Shown piece by piece: positions 57,659 to 64,000 of a stretch of 64,000 nucleotides of DNA. Made by a program: the position numbers and the translations under genes. The notes below the pieces were generated by a model that worked only from the letters and a program-made list of their open reading frames with translations, was not told where the DNA came from and ran no database searches. Source of the DNA: a virus; the IMG/VR virus record IMGVR_UViG_3300015370_000011, positions 1-64,000 of that record. One strand, written 5' to 3'. Every line of letters begins with the position of its first letter. Position 1 is the stretch's first letter.

Positions 57659-58519
57659 ATGATATATGAATGGGATACAATGAGCATCAATAACTCTATT
57701 ATATTTGGGGACAACCTTACCATACTAAAAACATTTCCAGATGCTTGTATCGATCTTATTTACATAGATCCCCCCTTCAATACGGGGAAACCCAGAAAGA
57801 AAGTAACACTAAAAACAGATAAGGATATGGCTGGAACGAGGATTGGGTTTGGAGACAACAGATATAGATCTCAAGAAATTAAAGAATACAGTTTTGATGA
57901 TCGGTATTCCTCATATCCAGACTTTCTAAATCCAAGGTTAGTTGAAGCTTATCGTATTCTAAAGGATACTGGATCTATCCTGGTACATTTAGATTATAGG
58001 GAAGTGCATTATTGTAAAGTATTTCTTGATTCTCTGTTTGGGAGAGCGTGCTTTCAAAATGAAATCATTTGGGCGTATGACTTCGGAGCTAGATCGAAAA
58101 AGTGTTGGCCTGCCAAGCATGACAATATTCTGTGGTATTCTAAGGACCCCAAGCGGTATACTTTTAATTACGATGAGATAGATAGGGTTCCATACCTGGC
58201 TCCCTCCTTAGTTGGCAAAGTCAAGGCAGCCCGTGGAAAGACAATAACGGACGTGCATTGGCATACGATTGTTCCTACAAATGGTAAGGAGAAAACAGGC
58301 TATCCAACACAAAAGCCCCTTGGCCTGCTTCGTAGATTCGTGCGCGTGCATTCTAATCCAGGTGAAATACTAATGGATTTCTTTTGCGGATCTGGTACCC
58401 TTGGAGAGGCTGCGGGAGAGGCAGGAAGGTCTTTTGTTCTAGTTGACAATAATCTTGAAGCTGTAGGGATTACCAGCAAGCGACTGTCTAAGTACGCTCC
58501 AACATTGATTAATTTTTAA
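57659..58519 (+). CDS. Orphan beta-class N6-adenine DNA methyltransferase
   Basis: YIDPPFNT, YPTQKP, DFFCGSGT. Confidence 0.9.
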   Translation: MIYEWDTMSINNSIIFGDNLTILKTFPDACIDLIYIDPPFNTGKPRKKVTLKTDKDMAGTRIGFGDNRYRSQEIKEYSFDDRYSSYPDFLNPRLVEAYRILKDTGSILVHLDYREVHYCKVFLDSLFGRACFQNEIIWAYDFGARSKKCWPAKHDNILWYSKDPKRYTFNYDEIDRVPYLAPSLVGKVKAARGKTITDVHWHTIVPTNGKEKTGYPTQKPLGLLRRFVRVHSNPGEILMDFFCGSGTLGEAAGEAGRSFVLVDNNLEAVGITSKRLSKYAPTLINF

Positions 58520-58587
58520 TCTACTTTATTTCGGCAAGTTACAAATTTGTTGATAAAAATCAAGCGCATACACAAGCATCTTTTTTC

Positions 58588-58615
58588 TTGACTTCTGCTT
58601 CGCATCTCGTATAAT
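58588..58615 (+). promoter_or_regulatory. Sigma-70-type promoter for the sigma factor gene
   Basis: TTGACT-N16-TATAAT. Confidence 0.7.
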
Positions 58616-58646
58616 CAGGGGTACCAACAATACTCGTGAGGGTGAA

Positions 58647-59165
58647 ATGGCCTATTCTAGGGATTTAGCGATCCAGGAGAACAAGGGCTTAGTTTACAAA
58701 ATTGCAAAAAAATTCTACCGCCCAGGGATCGAGTTCATCGATCTTATTCAAGAGGGGAATATGGGTTTGCTGATCGCAGCAGACAAATATGATGACTCTT
58801 TCGGGGCGACCTTTTTTACGTATGCCTACCATTGGGTGTACAATAGTATAAGAAAATTTGTGGAAAAGAATTGTAGGATTGTGCACGTCAAGAAGAAGCA
58901 AGAAGAAGTTTGTATGAATACCCAGTACAAACTAACAATTGAAGATATTCCTGCTAATTGTTTCGACGGGTTTATACGAGTAGAATTCGCAGAAGTAGTA
59001 ACGTCAATGAGTAATTTATCTGCTAGAGATCAAGCCATACTGGTTTCTACTTGTGTGCAGGGGCACACATTGGAAGAAAATGCAAAAGATTTTGGAGTAA
59101 CTAAAGAACGGGTTAGACAGATCAAGTTAGAAACAATAGCAAAGTTGTGTAGTTCCCTCCGCTAG
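58647..59165 (+). CDS. Phage-encoded sigma-70 family RNA polymerase sigma factor
   Basis: LVYKIAKK, DLIQEGNMGL..AADKYD, F.TYAYHWV (region 2); TLEE...GVTKERVRQI (region 4). Confidence 0.9.
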   Translation: MAYSRDLAIQENKGLVYKIAKKFYRPGIEFIDLIQEGNMGLLIAADKYDDSFGATFFTYAYHWVYNSIRKFVEKNCRIVHVKKKQEEVCMNTQYKLTIEDIPANCFDGFIRVEFAEVVTSMSNLSARDQAILVSTCVQGHTLEENAKDFGVTKERVRQIKLETIAKLCSSLR

Positions 59166-59241
59166 TCCCTGCCTGATTTTCAGACAAGCCTTTATTTATT
59201 AGCAAATATCCCTAGTACGCTGTATACTAAGGGGTGCTGCT

Positions 59242-59421
59242 ATGCGAGATACGATCTACGTAGTATTATGCCCCAACTGCAAAACGGTAAGAAAAGCTGG
59301 GGAGATTTGTCCCCTTTGCAAGTGCCCAGTCCCTAAAAGGAGTGATGATGAGAATTCTTGCCCAAGCTCTCCCGACGACTCAACCAACACAGGAAGTGGT
59401 AGAGACAGACGAGATAAGTAG
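59242..59421 (+). CDS. Small zinc-ribbon protein, 59 aa
   Basis: My translation MRDTIYVVLCPNC...ICPLCKC...; AAGGGG upstream; overlaps the next gene. Confidence 0.45.
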   Translation: MRDTIYVVLCPNCKTVRKAGEICPLCKCPVPKRSDDENSCPSSPDDSTNTGSGRDRRDK

Positions 59422-59845
59422 GGTTCCGATATATCCTTCCAGTCCTGAGTTTAACAAGCTGGAACGTATGTACCATAGTTATCTGTATCAATCATCGAGC
59501 GGTGAAGAAGCTACGCTTGGATACGGAGATAAACTCAGGATAATAGATAATTTGGGAAATCTGAAAGATGTGATGATGATGCCTGATGGGAATATTGGAA
59601 TCCAAGATTTGAATCTAAAAGTAGAGTATGGAGCAATGCACACGTATCCAACCTGGGATGATGCATCTGCATCTTTGCCTTCTCAGGATTTTGATCCGAT
59701 GGGGCATACCGCATCTTTGTCTCGAATGTCTGCATGCATTACTAATCTTGCAAAATCTTTACTGACTAAACTACACGTATTGATAAAGATGGCGTTCGAA
59801 AACGATGAGGGCACGAATCCCTATACGAGGAATCCATGGCGGTAA
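59342..59845 (+). CDS. Hypothetical protein with MRILAQ leader
   Basis: AAGGAG SD; leader like those of the 7.5-15.5 kb cluster. Confidence 0.55.
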   Translation: MMMRILAQALPTTQPTQEVVETDEISRVPIYPSSPEFNKLERMYHSYLYQSSSGEEATLGYGDKLRIIDNLGNLKDVMMMPDGNIGIQDLNLKVEYGAMHTYPTWDDASASLPSQDFDPMGHTASLSRMSACITNLAKSLLTKLHVLIKMAFENDEGTNPYTRNPWR

Positions 59846-60180
59846 TCAAAAAAATTTGGAAATGGCTTGTAAGTAACATAAAACTTGTCATGGTGATTGC
59901 CTGTCTTGTAATGATTATAATTGTTGGAATTATGATAGGCAGCAAGAACAAACTTATTAGAAGTCTTGAACAAAAACTTTCTATATTGCAAGCAAAAATA
60001 AAAATAGAAAAACTGCAAATACAGTATGATATGACTATGGACGAGATAAACAAGAAAAAAGAAGAGGATGTTGTACTAAGAAAAGAAATTGAAAATATTG
60101 AAGAACAGCTATCCAAACGATTAGAGGGCGAGTTGTCTGCGGAAGAAATCGCCAACAAGTTCAGGGAGATTGGGCTGTGA
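59836..60180 (+). CDS. N-terminal TM plus coiled-coil protein (i-spanin-like)
   Basis: LVMVIACLVMIIIVGIMIG followed by heptad repeats. Confidence 0.55.
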   Translation: MAVIKKIWKWLVSNIKLVMVIACLVMIIIVGIMIGSKNKLIRSLEQKLSILQAKIKIEKLQIQYDMTMDEINKKKEEDVVLRKEIENIEEQLSKRLEGELSAEEIANKFREIGL

Positions 60181-60575
60181 AATATTTGTGTATATTGTTC
60201 CTTCTTGCGTTTTCACAAAGCGCCGTAGCGGATGCAGATATTAGGCCGATAGAGATTGACGGAAAACCATTCGTAGCATTTGATCGTGAATCCGCACAAA
60301 AGTTACTCCAGATGCGAATAGACTTCCCATTACAAGAACTTAAACTTCAAAAGCTAGCAGAGTTAGTGACTAATTATTCGCAAGAACTCGTGTTATCCGA
60401 TAGGGCACTTTCTATTGCGAATGAGCAAAATACAACGCTATTAGAATCGAATTCAAATTTACAGGATAGAATAAATTCTTTAGATTCGTGGTGGCGCAGC
60501 CCCTGGTTGTGGGTATGCGTCGGTATTGTCGTTGGAACGGCAACAACCATAGCAGTAACGTATGCGGTGAATTGA
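60177..60575 (+). CDS. Signal peptide, coiled coil and C-terminal TM protein (spanin-like partner)
   Basis: MKYLCILFLLAFSQSAVA|D; WWRSPWLWVCVGIVVGTATTIAV; GTGA overlap. Confidence 0.5.
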   Translation: MKYLCILFLLAFSQSAVADADIRPIEIDGKPFVAFDRESAQKLLQMRIDFPLQELKLQKLAELVTNYSQELVLSDRALSIANEQNTTLLESNSNLQDRINSLDSWWRSPWLWVCVGIVVGTATTIAVTYAVN

Positions 60576-60576
60576 T

Positions 60577-61314
60577 ATGCGTGGAGTGATTTTAGCGGGT
60601 GGTACTGGCAGCAGGCTAGCGCCCCTAAATTACATAAATAAGCATCTGTTACCCATTGGTCGAAAGCCGATGATTCAATACGCTGTAGAAAAATTGACGG
60701 CATCTGGTATTGATCATATTCTGGTAGTTACTGGTAAGGAGCATGCAGGCACAATAATCAACTATTTGGGATCTGGGGACGCATTTGGTTGCACATTTAC
60801 ATATCGCGTACAGGACGCAGCCGGAGGTATTGCCCAGGCCCTTGGTCTTGCTAAAGACTTTTGCTCTAATGATTTGTTCTGTGTTGTTCTTGGAGATAAC
60901 ATATTCACAGAATCATTAGAGAAACACGTAAAAGCGTTTGAATTGCAGGGATCTGGGGCAAAGATTGTATTAAAGGACGACGCAGAATTGCAGCGTTTCG
61001 GTGTTGCTGCGCTGGATCGTTTTGGAAATCTTGTTAATCTTTTAGAAAAACCTACTCGATCAGAGTTGGATAATATACAGGCCAACTTCGAGGGCCACAG
61101 GTTCTATATAATTACAGGAATTTATTTTTACGACCCATCCGTTTTCGAGGTTATTCCCACATTAGAACCATCTACCCGAGGCGAGCTAGAGATCACTGAT
61201 GTAAATAGGGCGTACCTATTACAGGGCAATCTAACCTACTCTTTTATGCGTGGAGGTTGGACGGATGCCGGAACACATGAGAGCATGGAAAGAGCACAAG
61301 AGATGGTGCGCTGA
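60577..61314 (+). CDS. rmlA: Glucose-1-phosphate thymidylyltransferase-like nucleotidyltransferase
   Basis: ILAGGTGSRL.P....KHLLP, Q....GIAQA, LGDNIF, EKP, RGELEITD, WTDAGT. Confidence 0.85.
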   Translation: MRGVILAGGTGSRLAPLNYINKHLLPIGRKPMIQYAVEKLTASGIDHILVVTGKEHAGTIINYLGSGDAFGCTFTYRVQDAAGGIAQALGLAKDFCSNDLFCVVLGDNIFTESLEKHVKAFELQGSGAKIVLKDDAELQRFGVAALDRFGNLVNLLEKPTRSELDNIQANFEGHRFYIITGIYFYDPSVFEVIPTLEPSTRGELEITDVNRAYLLQGNLTYSFMRGGWTDAGTHESMERAQEMVR

Positions 61315-61886
61315 TGTACGTTTATAGAAAAAGATCCGATAAGAAGGTATCTTTAGCTAGAAACAAAGTTAGGGAATATAAAGAAGAGCGGATATGTCCC
61401 GGATGCAGGGGAACGCTGGAGTTATCTGAGACAGGGAAAGACCGGGCAACGTATGTGTGTAGTAAGTGTAACGCGATTTGTACGTTTACTTCATATCCAG
61501 AAAAACAAAATAAAGATACTAAACTTGGTCTGATTACACTCCGCGATAAAAGTCCCACACTGGAGAAATCGAATTCTGTAGGGAATAATAATTCTGTACA
61601 GAATATTGAGGAAGAACTAGAAATTATAAGAAAGGCTATGAAGGATTTGCGGTTATTAATGTTCGATTACCTGGATCGAGTTAAACGGAAGAGTACCAGG
61701 ACCATAGAACCGTATAAGCTTACCGTGGACGGAAGTGGAAACCCAATACTGTTTGGATATTGTTCCGAAGCAGAATCAATTAGAATGTTTAAAATTCGTA
61801 GAATGGCAAATATTTCTATTCAAGAGTTTTCATTTATTCCTAGATGGGAAATCCTGGATAAAATTGATGGCAAAAAGAAAGATTAG
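61314..61886 (+). CDS. Zinc-ribbon plus WYL-domain protein
   Basis: CPGC...CSKC; FDY......TRTIEPYKL...LFGYC......RMFKIRRM. Confidence 0.75.
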   Translation: MYVYRKRSDKKVSLARNKVREYKEERICPGCRGTLELSETGKDRATYVCSKCNAICTFTSYPEKQNKDTKLGLITLRDKSPTLEKSNSVGNNNSVQNIEEELEIIRKAMKDLRLLMFDYLDRVKRKSTRTIEPYKLTVDGSGNPILFGYCSEAESIRMFKIRRMANISIQEFSFIPRWEILDKIDGKKKD

Positions 61887-63822
61887 AACGAATGTGCCCA
61901 TTGGGTCTACCATGGATGAGGCACAAGAGATAAAACTTTTTGGTGGATTACAGGAATTATTAGAAGGCAAACCAAAAATAAAACCAAGAAGTACGGGACG
62001 GGTACAATTAGAAAAAGCCCCTAACGCGATTATCTTTATAGAATCAGATAAGTTTTTGGCGGGACCAACGCTGCACGATCCACAGTATGAAGTTGTTCGT
62101 GATTTTTTTGAGCTACTGTGTCCGGTGTGTAATGATATTGATAGTATACGCAAATATCATAATGTTCCCAGAGAAGATCAAATTTTATTTGAATATGATA
62201 TGTGCCCTAAATGCGGATCTGCCAAAGAAGCTTTTGCATCTGAATTAAATCATCCTAACGAATTAATCGGTGTAGTCGGGATGCGCGGAGGTAAATCCGT
62301 TGTTGTCGCGTGTATGTCTGCGTACATGATTCATGAACTCGTATGCACAGATAATCTACAGGAACGCCTTGGCCTGGTTAGAACACAGGAAATAGATGGC
62401 GCATTTGTGGCTGCATCCGGGGAACAGGCAACTGAAACTATCTATGGTCATTTTCGTGGTTTTTATGATAGCTCGCCATGGTTTCAAGATTATAAAAAGA
62501 AGCTAATGGATTTAGAAATATTGGATCCAGAACTAAGAAGAGGGGATTTATATCGAGATTCCGATTTGATTATTCATTTTAGGGATAAACACATTCGTAT
62601 TCGATCCATGACATCAAACTCTGGATCCATCGCGGGTCGCACACGAATATTTGCTGTTATAGATGAGCTTAGCCGCCTGGATGCAGGGGAAAGCAAACGA
62701 AGCGCTATTGAAGTCTATCGCGTTCTTAAGCGGTCGCTGATTACTATAAAATCGGCTGTAGATACGCTAAGATCACAAGGAGATTTTTCTATTCCTGATG
62801 CACGGATCTTTTGTATTTCATCACCGATGTTTCAGGATGATCTGTCGATGCAACTGCTAAAAGAAGCGAAAGACAATGATAAAAGATTTGCATTTCATCG
62901 CACAACCTGGGAGTTTAATCCATCCATCAAACGCGAACATTTAGCAGAAGAATTCGAAACCGATCCAGTTGGGGCAGAGCGTGACTATGCGGCCAATCCT
63001 CCCGGAGCCGAAAACCCGTTTGTCAAAAACCCGAATATTATAGAAACATGTATTGACAGAGAACGCAATTCAATTTTTACTACTAGAGAAGTCTTCTTCG
63101 AACAAGAAATAAATGATATAAAATTTTACTATCTAAAGAGCGCCCTTGAACATGTACGCTATGCAAACTTGATTGATTATGTTATACACTGTGATCCTGG
63201 ACAGAGCGGGGATAGCTTTTGTTTAGCTATAGGACACATCAATGATGATGTAGTAATAATAGACGGGGCGATTGAAGTCAGACCGATTAGAAAGAATAAC
63301 ATAGAAAAAATGCAGCCGAGGGATGTGTATTTTCCTGCAATGAAAGATTTGATCATAGAATTAAGCAAGAAAATATCTGTTAGATATATTTCATATGATC
63401 GATGGAACTCCACGGAACAAATACAAGAATTGAGAAACAATCGAATATTAGCGTTTCAGAAAAACATAACTAGGGATGATCATATCCGATTTTTGAATAC
63501 TATGATGGCACGACAAGTTAGTTTTCCTATGCGGGAAGATAACATGGTAGATCCAACTAGGTATAGGAATATGCCTTGCGCCAAAGCGCTGCATGAGCTA
63601 CAGCGACTAAATGACAATGGAGTAAAGGTGGACCATCCTCCCAATGGATCTAACGATGTTATTCAATGCTACGTGGGGGTACATCGGTTGTTACTGCACC
63701 CAGAAGAGGTTATCTCCCTACATGATTTAAAGAAGAATACTAGAGCAGCAAATATCTTCCGTAAGCAGGGCAGAAAAATAGGAAGAGTGATAAAACTTTC
63801 ACCACGCGGTGCACCACGGTAA
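61867..63822 (+). CDS. terL: Terminase large subunit
   Basis: QYE adenine-binding motif, GMRGGKS Walker A, AVIDE Walker B, CISSP, HCDPG and YDRWNS nuclease motifs, VDHP..GSND; likely start ATG 61867. Confidence 0.85.
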   Translation: MAKRKIRTNVPIGSTMDEAQEIKLFGGLQELLEGKPKIKPRSTGRVQLEKAPNAIIFIESDKFLAGPTLHDPQYEVVRDFFELLCPVCNDIDSIRKYHNVPREDQILFEYDMCPKCGSAKEAFASELNHPNELIGVVGMRGGKSVVVACMSAYMIHELVCTDNLQERLGLVRTQEIDGAFVAASGEQATETIYGHFRGFYDSSPWFQDYKKKLMDLEILDPELRRGDLYRDSDLIIHFRDKHIRIRSMTSNSGSIAGRTRIFAVIDELSRLDAGESKRSAIEVYRVLKRSLITIKSAVDTLRSQGDFSIPDARIFCISSPMFQDDLSMQLLKEAKDNDKRFAFHRTTWEFNPSIKREHLAEEFETDPVGAERDYAANPPGAENPFVKNPNIIETCIDRERNSIFTTREVFFEQEINDIKFYYLKSALEHVRYANLIDYVIHCDPGQSGDSFCLAIGHINDDVVIIDGAIEVRPIRKNNIEKMQPRDVYFPAMKDLIIELSKKISVRYISYDRWNSTEQIQELRNNRILAFQKNITRDDHIRFLNTMMARQVSFPMREDNMVDPTRYRNMPCAKALHELQRLNDNGVKVDHPPNGSNDVIQCYVGVHRLLLHPEEVISLHDLKKNTRAANIFRKQGRKIGRVIKLSPRGAPR

Positions 63823-63906
63823 TACACTACGAGAGTTAAATGCATAAATACTTCTACATGTATAGTAGGCGAAGATGCGGGAAAGTATACGCAAAGGAGA
63901 CTAAGA

Positions 63907-64000
63907 ATGTTTAAGATTCAAAACATCGCACCGGGAAACGTACCTTTAATGCTAGAAAATAAAGGTAGTATTGTTCTAATGAGCGGACAGTATCTCGATC
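63907..64000 (+). CDS. Hypothetical protein (partial, runs off the right edge)
   Basis: AAGGAG SD; MFKIQNIAPGNVPLMLE... Confidence 0.5.
   Translation, partial: MFKIQNIAPGNVPLMLENKGSIVLMSGQYLD

Noticed and set aside
19657-58519. Restriction-modification systems around the two DNA methyltransferases
   Set aside because: No adjacent restriction endonuclease is recognisable; orphan methyltransferases are routine in large phages.
61867-63822. Intein in the terminase
   Set aside because: The extra segment is a Cys-rich insert without intein block A/B/G motifs.
1-64000. Full TAG or TGA reassignment (genetic code 15 or 4)
   Set aside because: Long conserved genes (nrdJ, recA, polA, terL, gmd) are intact in code 11, and all three stops fall at natural protein ends.
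1-64000. tRNA or rRNA genes
   Set aside because: Intergenic gaps are short and I saw no cloverleaf or T-loop signatures; tRNAscan was not run.

Overview
This 64 kb window looks like part of a large (probably jumbo) tailed dsDNA phage genome in the standard genetic code. I found no rRNA, tRNA or CRISPR array. Genes run on the minus strand from 1 to about 56.4 kb and on the plus strand after about 57 kb. They diverge from a repeat-rich, AT-rich intergenic region that looks like a replication origin. Left to right: (1) 1-7.4 kb, spike/LamG/CBM-like proteins that all start with signal peptides or anchors, interrupted by three paralogous zinc-finger HNH nucleases. (2) 7.5-16 kb, acidic and hypothetical proteins, many sharing a short 'ML(K/E)xA(I/L)Kx(L/F)AQ' leader, probably head/internal proteins. 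(3) 16-37 kb, a replication/recombination operon: class II RNR with an intein, DNA methyltransferase, SbcCD, SSB-like and UvsY-like proteins, RecA with two inteins, a UDG-PolA fusion with an Asp-ending mini-intein, a primase zinc finger only, DnaB, a DnaC-like loader and an SF2 helicase. (4) 37.2-53.5 kb, a 21-gene glycan island: 10 glycosyltransferases, 6 SAM methyltransferases, 2 sulfotransferases, Gmd, a DegT/Per aminotransferase and a cupin, with no membrane flippase, polymerase or initiating transferase; RuvC and one more GT follow. (5) 57-64 kb, metallopeptidase, DNA methyltransferase, sigma factor, a membrane-protein pair, RmlA-like nucleotidyltransferase, a WYL protein and the large terminase. 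The best candidates for new biology are the soluble glycosylation/methylation/sulfation pathway paired with exported spike-like proteins, a possible capsid-targeting leader system, and the non-canonical inteins. All calls come from motif recognition by eye; no searches were run.
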